Part shown: one piece after another, positions 1-10,021 of the stretch
Layout: each line of letters opens with the position of its first letter
Position numbering within the stretch: position 1 is the stretch's first letter
NCBI GenBank assembly: GCA_963845065.1
Contig: CAWJQQ010000002.1
Location: 224,001-288,000, forward strand
DNA: 64,000 nucleotides
Direction of reading: 5' to 3'
Source of the DNA: Nitrospirota bacterium
GTDB lineage: Bacteria; Nitrospirota; UBA9217
The notes under the pieces: model-generated
What the model saw: only the letters and a program-made list of their open reading frames with translations
Databases searched by the model: none
Told to the model about the DNA's origin: nothing
Program-made: the position numbers and the translations under genes

Positions 1-1018
1 AGTCCGCGCCGACCGTCTCGACCAGATCTGCTCCGGGACGGGTAAAAGCCACGTCACCGATCTGCTTTACTATTTTCATGGGAGACAGGGGCTTTCCGGT
101 CGCATGGGCCGGACAGCGGTCCTGACATCGCTTGCAAGATGTGCATGCGTCGGCATCAAATATATCTTTCCATGTGAGATCGGCAACCTTGGCAGCGCCA
201 AACTGGCCGGCCCCTTCGTCTTCCATGTTGATCGTATTGATCGATCCCTTGGGGGCCAGATCGGTGAACAGGTAATTGACAGAGGTGGTGAAGATGTGGC
301 GCAGCTTTGTGAAGGGGATGATGGCGATGAAGCTCATGGCGAGCAAGAAGTGAACCCACCATTGTATCTTATGTACGAGTGACAGGGATGCGGGTGTCAT
401 GCCGAGGAAAAGTTTCCCGACAAGCAAGCCGACGGGAGAAAAGGGCGCCAGGCCGGGATTGGTTCTCAGCTCCGTATCGGCCATCCGCAATCCTTCAGTA
501 ACGAAACCTGTCACGAGTATCGCAAGCAGCAGCGCGTGTACTAAATAATCATCTCCAATAGTATCCAGCCCTTCAGGCTTGAAGATGAATCGACGAACAA
601 GAAGCCCGCCGAGCGTAACGATCGCGACAAAACCGGCTACATCGAGAATCAGCGAATATAATTTATAAAAGGTCCCTTTAAGGAAGATCATCCCAAGGAC
701 CGGCTGGGTAAAATCCACCTGCGCCATGATGAGAAGAGTACCGATAAAGAGAAGACCAAAGCTCCAGAAAAAAAACGCATGGAAAAAACCGGGGCCAGGC
801 ACTCGAAGCACCCGTATCTGAGCAAACATATTTTTTAAGAACAGCGAAATTCTCTCCGACAACCTGTCGAACCTGTTCAGGGCCTTTCCCTGTTGGTACA
901 CAGCTAATCGCCGGTAAAAGCCGTATAGAAACACGGAAATTGCAATACCGGCAATAACGTACATGGGGCCTACGACGCCGCGTCCTACATTCCAGTATAT
1001 TTCTCGAGTGGCTTCCAT
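1..1018 (-). CDS. fadF: Membrane-anchored Fe-S oxidoreductase, FadF/HdrD-like (runs off the window at its 3' end)
   Basis: Manual translation, not in the ORF track: MEATREIYWNVGRG..., hydrophobic segments, then CTSCKRCQDRCP (CxxCxxCxxxCP) at ~105-150; AGGAG RBS at 1026-1030; beta-oxidation context. Confidence 0.8.
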   Translation of the reverse strand, partial: MEATREIYWNVGRGVVGPMYVIAGIAISVFLYGFYRRLAVYQQGKALNRFDRLSERISLFLKNMFAQIRVLRVPGPGFFHAFFFWSFGLLFIGTLLIMAQVDFTQPVLGMIFLKGTFYKLYSLILDVAGFVAIVTLGGLLVRRFIFKPEGLDTIGDDYLVHALLLAILVTGFVTEGLRMADTELRTNPGLAPFSPVGLLVGKLFLGMTPASLSLVHKIQWWVHFLLAMSFIAIIPFTKLRHIFTTSVNYLFTDLAPKGSINTINMEDEGAGQFGAAKVADLTWKDIFDADACTSCKRCQDRCPAHATGKPLSPMKIVKQIGDVAFTRPGADLVETVGAD

Positions 1019-1072
1019 GGCGGAACTCCTCAACAACAATTTCGCGACAAGATTCTTAAATAGTAGTATCTA

Positions 1073-1101
1073 TTGACGAATTTACTTCCAAGTACTATAA
1101 T
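1073..1101 (+). promoter_or_regulatory. Sigma70-type promoter toward the MerR gene
   Basis: TTGACG(1073-1078)-17 bp-TATAAT(1096-1101). Confidence 0.75.
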
Positions 1102-1116
1102 TACACTTAACGTCAA
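1101..1116. promoter_or_regulatory. Candidate LiuR-like MerR operator overlapping a minus-strand -35
   Basis: TTACACTTAACGTCAA shares the ACGTCAA half-site with the 14355 site. Confidence 0.5.
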
Positions 1117-1423
1117 TGTTAATTACAAACTGCATTAGCAAACTCATGCTTCTTGTGATGATGCGAAACGATTCTAAAGTCATTTTCAACCTGAATCCGG
1201 CGCGAATCTGCGAGCTTTGCTCAATTATGACCGCGAAAATAGCGGGCAGAATCTTTAAAAAGGCGGACGGAATCAAACCTACCTTTTTGATAGGTTACAT
1301 TCCGATGACCTTTAATCGTTATTAGGCGCATTTTTTCAGCAAGAAACGAGCTAACAGTCCGCTACTGATGCCGGATTCAGGTTCAATATTCATAATTTAC
1401 TCAATTTAACTTTAAGGTAATAC

Positions 1424-1819
1424 ATGAAACTAAATTCAGTTGAATACATGCAGATTAGCGAACTTGCCAAGGCATTGCATACCACCACCAGGACCATCCG
1501 ACTCTATGAGCAGATGGGGCTGGTTGAGCCTCCGAAGAGGACCGTTGGCGGCATACGGGTCTATGATAAAGCAGATATCACACGGTTCAAGTTCGTTCTC
1601 AAATTGAAGGCCCTGGGACTTTCCCTGCAGGAGGGGAAAGAATTGGCCGACATCTATTCCAGGGAGCAACTCCCCCAAAAGATAATGCCCCGCCTGATTG
1701 AACTGCTGGATTCCCACCTTGCCAATATCAGGAAGAGAGTCACTCAACTGCAGTCCCTCGAAACCGACATCGCCAAATACAAGCAGAAAATTCTCGACTA
1801 TTACCACTTGCCGAGATAG
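1424..1819 (+). CDS. MerR-family transcriptional regulator (LiuR-like)
   Basis: ISELAK..TTTRTIRLYEQMGL..PKRTVGGIRVY HTH plus coiled coil; no cysteines. Confidence 0.9.
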   Translation: MKLNSVEYMQISELAKALHTTTRTIRLYEQMGLVEPPKRTVGGIRVYDKADITRFKFVLKLKALGLSLQEGKELADIYSREQLPQKIMPRLIELLDSHLANIRKRVTQLQSLETDIAKYKQKILDYYHLPR

Positions 1820-1948
1820 CGCGGACGGTTCTGTCCGCTGATCGTCTATCGATGACCAACCCCCCGGAGGACGCCGGCAGGCCAATCGGCTTTTTTCTCC
1901 CAATGCCTTCCAACACCCCCCACGCCACCAGGGTAGACCCCCTGGAAG

Positions 1949-3730
1949 TTATTTCGATTTTAATGCCGCAAGCTTCTTCATCTCTTCGTCCCGCAGCGAG
2001 CGCCGGAGCACTTTGCCCACCATCGTCTTCGGAATATGATCACGGAATTCGATTTCAGTCGGCACCTTGAATTTCGAGATATGCCGCTTGCAGTATTCCA
2101 TGATCTCATTTGCTGTCGCCTTCTCGCTTTCCGTCAACTCAATATGTACTGCATCGTTCGCAATCTTTTCGCAGTTCGCTATGTCAGTGGACGGCTTTCT
2201 GTCCTCCTTCAATACAATATACGCTTTGATCTTCTCGCCCAAAAACTCCTGGGGGAGCCCCACAACTACTGCTTCCTGCACATTCGGATGCTTGTAAAGG
2301 ATTTCCTCGACCTCGCGCGGATAGACGTTTTCGCCTTTCGTTTTGATCATGTCCTTCATGCGGTCCACGATATAAAAGTAGCCTTCGTCGTCCATTTTCG
2401 CTATGTCGCCGGTATGGAGCCAGCCATTGCGCAACGTAAAGTCCGTCTCCTCAGGCTTGTTCCAGTAACCCTTCATCACCTGCGGCCCCCTGATCACGAG
2501 TTCCCCGGCCTCTCCGATCGGCAGAACTTTTTCTCCCGTTTCCATATCGACGATGCGCGCTTCGGTGTGCGGCCAGGGCAGCCCGATGCTTCCGATTTTT
2601 CTCCTGCCGAAAATCGGATTAGAGTGGGTCACGGGAGATGCCTCGGATAGTCCATAGCCTTCAACAATCCGCGCCTGGGTCAGGTGTTCGAACCGTTCCT
2701 GCACCTCCTGCATGAGCGGTCCGGCGCCGCAGAGCGCAGTCTCGATCGATGTAAGGTCGTATTTATGAATCTTTGGATAGTTTCCGATCGCGAGGTACAT
2801 GGCCTGGATGCCGGGGAAGATCGTGGGCCGGTACTTGTTGATGAAGTGGAGGACCTCCTTGGTATGGAACTTCGGCAGGAGAATCAGTACGGCGCCGGTG
2901 AGTATCCCCACATTCAGCGCAATGGTCATGCCGTAGACGTGGAAAAAAGGGAGGACTGCAAGGACGATATCTTCCCCCTCCCTATGGCGCGTGTTCCACA
3001 CCCTGCTCTGCATGGCGTTCACCAGGAGGTTCCGGTGTGTCAATATGGCCCCCTTGGGGATACCCGTCGTGCCGCCGGTATATTGCAAGAGCGCGATGTC
3101 GTTCGCCGCTACCGCCGCATCGACGGGCATTGTTGTCTCGCGCTTGATAAGCTCGAGAAAATCATGGATCGGCGGTTTCCGGTCCACTCGCACCGCCTGT
3201 TTCTCGAACCTGGCTTTGAGTGGATAAAGTACTTTTTTGGGGAACGGCAAAAAGTCCTTCACGTTGCAGAGAATCAGATGTTTTACAGGTGTCTTCGGCC
3301 ATGCTCGAGAAATGACGGGATAGAACATGTCCAGCGCCACGAGCACCTCGGCGCCACTGTCTTTCAATTGTACCTCTAGTTCGTGCTCGTGGTAGAGGGG
3401 GTTGGTGGCAACGGCGATTGCGCCCAGCTTGAGCGTCCCGTAATAGGCGATGACCATCTGGGGGACGTTGGGGAGCATGAGCGCCACCCTGTCGCCCTTC
3501 TTAACTCCGAGTTCGGTCAGCGCGCGCGCAAACTGATTGGCGAGCCCGTCGAGCTCGGCATAGGATATTTTTTTTCCATAAAACAGAATTGCGGAATGAT
3601 CGGGGTACTTGGATGCGGTTTGGGCAAGGACGTTGCCCAGCGCGATGTCAGGACAGCTAATGTGGGTCGGGACTCCCGCCTCATACCATTTACTCCAAGG
3701 CTGTTCTGAGTAGGAAGGAACTGTATCCAT
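1949..3730 (-). CDS. fadD: Long-chain-fatty-acid--CoA ligase
   Basis: YTGGTTGIPKG AMP-binding motif, EGYGLSE, WLHTGD, PKTMVGK; AAGGAGG RBS before ATG 3730. Confidence 0.93.
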   Translation of the reverse strand: MDTVPSYSEQPWSKWYEAGVPTHISCPDIALGNVLAQTASKYPDHSAILFYGKKISYAELDGLANQFARALTELGVKKGDRVALMLPNVPQMVIAYYGTLKLGAIAVATNPLYHEHELEVQLKDSGAEVLVALDMFYPVISRAWPKTPVKHLILCNVKDFLPFPKKVLYPLKARFEKQAVRVDRKPPIHDFLELIKRETTMPVDAAVAANDIALLQYTGGTTGIPKGAILTHRNLLVNAMQSRVWNTRHREGEDIVLAVLPFFHVYGMTIALNVGILTGAVLILLPKFHTKEVLHFINKYRPTIFPGIQAMYLAIGNYPKIHKYDLTSIETALCGAGPLMQEVQERFEHLTQARIVEGYGLSEASPVTHSNPIFGRRKIGSIGLPWPHTEARIVDMETGEKVLPIGEAGELVIRGPQVMKGYWNKPEETDFTLRNGWLHTGDIAKMDDEGYFYIVDRMKDMIKTKGENVYPREVEEILYKHPNVQEAVVVGLPQEFLGEKIKAYIVLKEDRKPSTDIANCEKIANDAVHIELTESEKATANEIMEYCKRHISKFKVPTEIEFRDHIPKTMVGKVLRRSLRDEEMKKLAALKSK

Positions 3731-3793
3731 GACATGCCTCCTTTGGAACATAGTGTTGTCGCTCTATATCTTTTGAAATCACCCTTTTTCTTC

Positions 3794-4579
3794 TCAGCAG
3801 AACCGTGAAAAATCGGGTTTCCTCTGCTCCAAAAACGCCTGGAGTGCCTCAGCCGCTTCCGGCGATCTGAGCCGCTCGATAAAGCTCTTTCCTTCCTCCT
3901 CCATGGTTTCCCGCAAAGCAGTTTCATAGCCCCTTTTCAGCAAACGCTTGGCAAGGCGCACCGCGGCGGGTGGCTGGGCCGCCAGCTGCTGTGCTTTTGT
4001 CCGGGCCGTTTCCATGAGATCCCCGTCGCAACATATGATATTAACAATTCCGACGTCACGAGCTTCTTCCGCGTTGAACGGTTCTCCCAGGAGCACCAGT
4101 TCGGCTGCCCGCTGGTGACCCATCATCCTGGGAAGAAGAAGCGACGATCCTGCTTCCGGGCAGAGACCCAGATTGACGAATGGCATCTGGAAGAGTGCGC
4201 CTGCCTCGGCAAACACCAGATCGCAATGAAGAAGCATCGTCGTGCCGATTCCGATCGCTGCTCCGCTTACCGCAGCAACAACCGGCTTCCTCGCAAAACT
4301 GATAGCGGTGAGAAACTTCACGACCGGGCTCTCCTGCCCGGTTGGCGGCGATTTTAGGAAATCAGCGACGTCATTTCCGCTGGTGAAAGATCCTCCATTC
4401 CCAGCAATCAGGACAACTCTTACGGCGTCCTCCCCATCAGCTTGCACGAGCAAATCGGCGATAGCAGTATACATAGCAAGGGTCAGGGCATTCTTCTTTT
4501 CAGGCCGGTTGAACCGTATGTCCAAAACTCCGTCCTGAAGATCGGTCTGAATATGTTCACTTCCGGCGGCTGAATTCAT
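3794..4579 (-). CDS. Enoyl-CoA hydratase/isomerase (crotonase family)
   Basis: NRPEKKNAL, FTSGND, PFVNLGLCPEAGSS. Confidence 0.92.
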   Translation of the reverse strand: MNSAAGSEHIQTDLQDGVLDIRFNRPEKKNALTLAMYTAIADLLVQADGEDAVRVVLIAGNGGSFTSGNDVADFLKSPPTGQESPVVKFLTAISFARKPVVAAVSGAAIGIGTTMLLHCDLVFAEAGALFQMPFVNLGLCPEAGSSLLLPRMMGHQRAAELVLLGEPFNAEEARDVGIVNIICCDGDLMETARTKAQQLAAQPPAAVRLAKRLLKRGYETALRETMEEEGKSFIERLRSPEAAEALQAFLEQRKPDFSRFC

Positions 4580-4612
4580 AAAAAGGGCCTCACGGATGTT
4601 TTGAATGCTCCA

Positions 4613-4999
4613 TTACGCCATAGTGCGCAAACGTTCCGGAATGGCAATTGGTATTTTCTTGACGCTGTCAATGCAGACCATCGTTGTTACAGCTGTGGCA
4701 AATGTTCTGTCATCATTATCATGAATGTGGTAAGAAAGATCGAAACTTGTAGTGCCAATGCGGCTCACCCACGTCGATACCACCACAGTATTATTCAGAA
4801 GGATGGGATATTTGTAGTCGCACTCGGCTCTGCCTACAACGATAAATATCCCCTGATCGGTCAGTTCCTGAAAAGACTCCCTAAATAGCCTTACGCGGGC
4901 CGTTTCCAAATAGGTAAAATAAACTGCGCTGTTCACGTGGCCATAGAGATCGAGGTCAGAGAACCTGAGATCAATGGAGGTAGAATATCGCTTTGTCAT
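4613..4999 (-). CDS. Acyl-CoA thioesterase (4HBT/YbgC hot-dog family)
   Basis: RFSDLDLYGHVNSAVYFTYLETAR motif; AAGGAG RBS before ATG 4999. Confidence 0.9.
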   Translation of the reverse strand: MTKRYSTSIDLRFSDLDLYGHVNSAVYFTYLETARVRLFRESFQELTDQGIFIVVGRAECDYKYPILLNNTVVVSTWVSRIGTTSFDLSYHIHDNDDRTFATAVTTMVCIDSVKKIPIAIPERLRTMA

Positions 5000-5010
5000 C
5001 AACTTCTCCT

Positions 5011-5059
5011 TTATTATATAGTGCCGTAAAATCCCTGGTTTTACCATGGGGAGTGTCAA
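5011..5059 (+). mobile_element. Minimal IS200/IS605-derived single-hairpin relic (left-end/right-end hybrid)
   Basis: TTAT...GTGCCGTAAAATCCCTGGTTTTACCATGGGGAGTGTCAA resembles the IS608 left-end 5' part joined to the right-end 3' part ending TCAA. Confidence 0.65.
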
Positions 5060-5118
5060 AATTGGATGTAGAAGACTTGACGACGCCGGCACAGGTATGG
5101 TCAATATTGGTTATCTTT

Positions 5119-7122
5119 TCAAGTGATCCCGGCACCAACTGCAAACCCTTGATGGATCGCATCGAAAACCGTGCCCGGCGTGACAGCATCTCCTGCGATA
5201 CGAAACGGTATGCCTTTCTTCGCTACTATTTCCTGGAGCGGATTAAAGGCTTTTGTTCCAACAGCAAGGACCACGGTATCGGCAGGAATTTCCTCAACCC
5301 CCGCCCCGCTTTCTACCCGCACGTGTTTAGCGGTGATCTCAAGTGCACGGACAGTCGTTCGCGTCTGTATACCAAACCGTTCCACATCCTGGAGCATGCC
5401 CCAGCGCGTGGTTTTGCCGAAATTCTTCCCCAGTACATCGATTACATCGATCACGGTTACTTCTTTGGTTCCCCGTACTGCCAGCCCATAAAGATTGTCA
5501 GGGGACTCTGCTTCATGAACCAGGAGAAACTTCAGTGCCTGACCAGAGAGGGTCCCTTTCTCCGCAAGAAAGAGCGCGGTTTCAATTCCCACTGCTCCGC
5601 CGCCGATGACCACAACACGCCGGCCTGCGTGAACATTACCCGACAATACGTCCCATGCCTGTACGACGTGACCAAGTTTTGCGCCTGGGATCGGAGGAAT
5701 GATGGATGCCCCGCCCGTAGCCAGCACAACAGTGTCAGGCTTCACTTCGTCAAGGAGCGCAGCATCAACCTCCCGGTTGAGGACAACTGAGACCCTATGA
5801 ACAGCAAGCTGTCTGGCAAGATCATGGGCAAGCTCGAAGAATTCCTCCCGCCCTGGTGGTGCCCCGGCCAGATGAAGCTGGCCGCCGAGTCTGTCACTCC
5901 GTTCGAAGATCGTTACCTGGTGGCCACGCTCGGCCGCCCCTGCTGCAGCACTCATACCAGCTGCTCCGCCGCCGATCACCATGACTTTCTGTGGCTTACC
6001 GGTTTTCCCGATCACCGTTTCCATCTCATGTCCTGCCCGTGGATTGCAGAGGCACTCAACAGACTTCATCTTCAAGAGATTATCAAAACAACCCTGGCCG
6101 CAGGCCACGCAATGAACGATATCCGGATCTCTTCCGGTCCGAGCCTTTTCCGGTAACTGGGGATCGGCAATGAGCGCTCTACCCATGGCCACGATGTCGC
6201 AAACACCGTCCGCCAGCAGTTCCCTGGCCACTGCAGGATCATTGATACGGTGACTTGCGATTACGGGAACGGTTACACGCTCCCTGACCCCCCGTGCCAG
6301 ATAGGCAAAAACGCCGCGCGGCACCTCGGTGGTCATCTGGGGTACTTTGGCCTCATGCCATCCAACATTGATACAGAGTGCATCGGCTCCAATTTCTGTG
6401 AGGCGAACCGCGTAATCCTGCAGCTCTATACGGCTCGTCCCCCCCTGCATGAACTCATTGCCGCTCAGTCTAACGAAGAGCGGAAAATTCACGCCCACAG
6501 AGATCCTGACTGCTCTTACCACGTCAAGGCCGAATCGCATCCGGTTTTCGAAGGAGCCGCCAAATGCATCCGTACGTTTGTTTGTCAGCGGCGAGAGGAA
6601 TTCACTGATAAGGTACCCGGTACCGGAGAGTATTTCTACGGCATCGAACCCTGCTTCCTTGACACGCCGTGCCGCTTGAGCGAAACTCAGGACAATCTCG
6701 CCGATTTCATCTATAGTCAGTGCACGTGGAGTTTCCCGGGTAAGTCGCGATGCTATGGCTGAAGGTGCCACCGGCTGTCTATTGCCGAGAAACAAGGAAT
6801 GGTTATAGCGTCCGGCATGGTTCAACTGTACGGATGAGCGAGCGCCGTTATCACGGATCGCTGCCGCAAGACGGGCTAAGCCAGGGATAAATTCATCTCG
6901 GTGGGCGCCGATATTTCCCGGGTTGCCGGAAAGATCGTCCACGGTGGCGTAGCCCACGGTGATCATCCCTGCACCGCCGCGCGCCCGTTCAATGTAGAAC
7001 GCCACCAGACTGTCGGTCACCGCAAACTTCCGCGCCATGTTCATGTGCATGGCCGGCATGAAAATGCGGTTTTTTATCTGAAGGCCATTTATTGTTATTG
7101 GTTGAAAGAGAGGGTCATTCAT
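5119..7122 (-). CDS. fadH: NADPH-dependent 2,4-dienoyl-CoA reductase (OYE barrel, 4Fe-4S, FAD)
   Basis: QLNHAGR, GYLISEFLSP..NKRTD, CVACGQGC...CLCNP, GGGAAG. Confidence 0.88.
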   Translation of the reverse strand: MNDPLFQPITINGLQIKNRIFMPAMHMNMARKFAVTDSLVAFYIERARGGAGMITVGYATVDDLSGNPGNIGAHRDEFIPGLARLAAAIRDNGARSSVQLNHAGRYNHSLFLGNRQPVAPSAIASRLTRETPRALTIDEIGEIVLSFAQAARRVKEAGFDAVEILSGTGYLISEFLSPLTNKRTDAFGGSFENRMRFGLDVVRAVRISVGVNFPLFVRLSGNEFMQGGTSRIELQDYAVRLTEIGADALCINVGWHEAKVPQMTTEVPRGVFAYLARGVRERVTVPVIASHRINDPAVARELLADGVCDIVAMGRALIADPQLPEKARTGRDPDIVHCVACGQGCFDNLLKMKSVECLCNPRAGHEMETVIGKTGKPQKVMVIGGGAAGMSAAAGAAERGHQVTIFERSDRLGGQLHLAGAPPGREEFFELAHDLARQLAVHRVSVVLNREVDAALLDEVKPDTVVLATGGASIIPPIPGAKLGHVVQAWDVLSGNVHAGRRVVVIGGGAVGIETALFLAEKGTLSGQALKFLLVHEAESPDNLYGLAVRGTKEVTVIDVIDVLGKNFGKTTRWGMLQDVERFGIQTRTTVRALEITAKHVRVESGAGVEEIPADTVVLAVGTKAFNPLQEIVAKKGIPFRIAGDAVTPGTVFDAIHQGFAVGAGIT

Positions 7123-7151
7123 TTATCATATCCACTATGTGCAGTTTTGCT

Positions 7152-8093
7152 TTATGCCGTTGCAGCCGCGTACAGTTCACGCACCGAGTCTGACAATCCG
7201 ATTTGTTTGAGGGAACGCTCCAACTTGCCAGGCTCTGCAAGAAAATCGCGCATGAAAACGATCTCGGAAGCTTTCAGAAAGACGACAAAGGGATCGACAA
7301 GGGACTTGCCGAAAAGGTGCCCAATGACTTCCTTGACCGATTCAACACCATCAAACCGCTTCACCTGCCTTGCCCTCTCCAGAAGCTTTCTGACATAAAA
7401 GTAGATGGTATCGTTGAGACTCATCACATATTCGCGGTGGCCTGGGAGTATTTTGTATCTATGCAGTTTTTCAAGTTCCAGGAGGCTCGTGCAGTACGCA
7501 TCGTAATTTCTGAACCTGCCGGCAAAGGTATCCAGATCCACATCGAGAAAAGGTGCCTGAAAGATGTCGCGGAGAAGGGTATCGCCGCTGATCGCATTGT
7601 TGCCGCAGAGGTAGACCAGATCGCTCTGGGAATGCCCTGGACAACTGAGCCAGCTGATCCCCAGTTTTTGCGGAATATCGGACTCCTCCACAATAGTGAA
7701 CCGTCCGGGAATTTCGGGAAAATATTTTGTTTCATCCATCGCATTTAGCCACCGTTCTGTAAATGCGTCATCGAATCCGATCTCCTTCAGAAATTTCTTA
7801 ATATGGGCTAGACATTTTTCATGATGCCGCAATTTTAAGGCATCTCTACGGGGGATGAGAATTTCAGCTCTTGAATTTTGTGCAAGGTAAGCAGCAAGAC
7901 CGCAGTGGTCCACGTGACAATGGGTAATGAAAAGATACTTCAGACGCCTGAAATCAACTTGTTCCTCCAGGAAGGCAAGTGCATGCGGCATGGCAGGCCC
8001 GGTATCGAACAAGACGAGTTCTCCGTCGATCTCCGTGGAATAGAAGTGTGCCGCACCAGCCATGTAGGGTGTATGTACTGTGTGCTGTATCAT
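7152..8093 (-). CDS. MBL-fold metallo-hydrolase
   Basis: THCHVDHCG (HxHxDH), PGHS, SGD, PGH motifs; start uncertain (8093-8114). Confidence 0.85.
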   Translation of the reverse strand: MIQHTVHTPYMAGAAHFYSTEIDGELVLFDTGPAMPHALAFLEEQVDFRRLKYLFITHCHVDHCGLAAYLAQNSRAEILIPRRDALKLRHHEKCLAHIKKFLKEIGFDDAFTERWLNAMDETKYFPEIPGRFTIVEESDIPQKLGISWLSCPGHSQSDLVYLCGNNAISGDTLLRDIFQAPFLDVDLDTFAGRFRNYDAYCTSLLELEKLHRYKILPGHREYVMSLNDTIYFYVRKLLERARQVKRFDGVESVKEVIGHLFGKSLVDPFVVFLKASEIVFMRDFLAEPGKLERSLKQIGLSDSVRELYAAATA

Positions 8094-8144
8094 AATAAGA
8101 TTTGATTCGTGCAAGCACGGGCCGCTGGCAGGCGCCCGAACGAA

Positions 8145-9950
8145 CTAGAACACATACTTCTCCGCCTCGATGGCGGCATGTGCCAAATGGCGCTTGAATT
8201 TAAGCAACCCGGTGGCATCGTATTTCGTGAACCGCCTGATCCCGCCAAGAAGAATGGTCAAGTTATCGCCCTCGTCGACAAAGAATGCTGCCTTACGCGC
8301 CGCTGTGGCCGTCTGCTCCGCAGCATTGAACGTAAATACCTTCACCGCCGCGGTAATGGACGCCTTTTTGGCTTCGCTTAGGGACGGCATGATTTTTTCA
8401 GCGCGCAAAAGGGCGCTCTCGATGGCAAAGATGTTGATTGCAATGTCGGCCGCCGCAAGGAGGATCTCCTGTTCGTCCTTGATTGCCATCATAAATTTCT
8501 GCACACTGCTCCCTGCAATCACCAGGAAGACCTTCTTCAAGTTTGCAATGAGTGCCTTTTCCCCAGCAAAAGGGTCCATATCGTCCAACTCGTCCACTGA
8601 CGGAGTCATGAGCGCCTCGAACGCCTTGGTCGCTTCGCGCTGAAGAGGAATCTCCCCTTTCATGGATCTGGTCAGAATGATGCCGGGGATCAAGAGGCGA
8701 TTGATCTCGTTCGTCCCTTCGAAAATCCTGTTGATTCGCTCGTCCCGGTAATACCCTTCCGCGGGATACTCCTGGATGAAGCCATAACCGCCGTGAATCT
8801 GCACCACCTGGTCCACCACCTCGGCGAGAACCTCACTGCAGAACACCTTGGCGATAGCGCACTCGATAGCATACTCTTCTATCCCTTTCTGGTAGACCTC
8901 ATAGTAGTTGGGCGTGTTCTTGTCAATGGTCGCCAACTTATCGTCGAGCAGGCCTGCAAGACGGTAAACGAGCGACTCTGCGGCAAAGGTAGCGGCCGTC
9001 ATGTCGGCGATCTTCTCCTTGATTGCACCAAAGCTGGCAATGGGGACGCCGAACTGCTTTCTTATATTGGCATATTTAATTCCTTCAGCGAGGGCATGTT
9101 TTGCTGCTCCGGTCACGGCCGCGCCAAGTTTGAAACGGCCGACGTTGAGCACATTGAAGGCGATCTTATGGCCCTTGCCGATCTGGCCGAGCACGTTTTC
9201 GACCGGCACCTTGGCATTCACGAGAATGATCTGCGTTGTGGATGAGCCTCTGATCCCGAGCTTTTTTTCCTCTGCTCCCACGGACAGTCCGTCAGTCGTT
9301 CTTTCTACGAGGAACGCAGTAAAGTGTTCTTTATCGATCTTGGCAAAGATCGTGTAGAGGTTGGCAAAACTCCCGTTAGTAATAAATTGCTTGGTGCCAT
9401 TAAGGAGGTAAAATTTTCCGTCAGCGGAGAGTGTGGCCGTGGACTTCGCTCCGAGAGCATCGCTCCCCGAATCGGGCTCTGTCAGGCAGTATGCGGCTAC
9501 CCACTCACCACTAATTATTTTCCCCAGGTACTTCTCCTTCTGCTCCTTGGTACCATAGTAGACGAGCGGCAGAGTACCGATGCCGGAATGGGCCGAGTAG
9601 GTGACTGAAAATGAACCGGCAGTTGAAATTTTCTCCGCAGCCAGCATGCTGGTCGCCTTATCGAGTTCGAGACCGCCATACTCCTCGGGGGCATCGATCA
9701 TGAGAAGGCCCAGATCGCCGCACTTCTTCATTAACTGGACTACCAGGCCGAAATTGTGGTTCTCGATCTCCTCCCGGTGAGGGACGACCTCGTTCAGCAC
9801 GAACTGAGCGGTGGTCTCTCCAATCTGTTTTTGCTCATCCGTAAAATCCTCTGGCGTGAAGATATCATCCTTTTTCGCCTCGGTAATCAGGTACTCGGCC
9901 CCCTTGAATAGTTTCGCGACCTTGCCATTCACTCCTGTTTTCGTAGCCAT
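8145..9950 (-). CDS. fadE: Acyl-CoA dehydrogenase, long FadE type
   Basis: YCLTEPDSGSDA, RKQFG, QIHGGYG, RIFEGTNEINR; GAGGTG RBS. Confidence 0.93.
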   Translation of the reverse strand: MATKTGVNGKVAKLFKGAEYLITEAKKDDIFTPEDFTDEQKQIGETTAQFVLNEVVPHREEIENHNFGLVVQLMKKCGDLGLLMIDAPEEYGGLELDKATSMLAAEKISTAGSFSVTYSAHSGIGTLPLVYYGTKEQKEKYLGKIISGEWVAAYCLTEPDSGSDALGAKSTATLSADGKFYLLNGTKQFITNGSFANLYTIFAKIDKEHFTAFLVERTTDGLSVGAEEKKLGIRGSSTTQIILVNAKVPVENVLGQIGKGHKIAFNVLNVGRFKLGAAVTGAAKHALAEGIKYANIRKQFGVPIASFGAIKEKIADMTAATFAAESLVYRLAGLLDDKLATIDKNTPNYYEVYQKGIEEYAIECAIAKVFCSEVLAEVVDQVVQIHGGYGFIQEYPAEGYYRDERINRIFEGTNEINRLLIPGIILTRSMKGEIPLQREATKAFEALMTPSVDELDDMDPFAGEKALIANLKKVFLVIAGSSVQKFMMAIKDEQEILLAAADIAINIFAIESALLRAEKIMPSLSEAKKASITAAVKVFTFNAAEQTATAARKAAFFVDEGDNLTILLGGIRRFTKYDATGLLKFKRHLAHAAIEAEKYVF

Positions 9951-10021
9951 GCTATTCACCTCACTCTGCTGAGATTATTTTCCCTTGAGCTTTGGGACAT
10001 ATGCTATCGGCCGCATCATTC

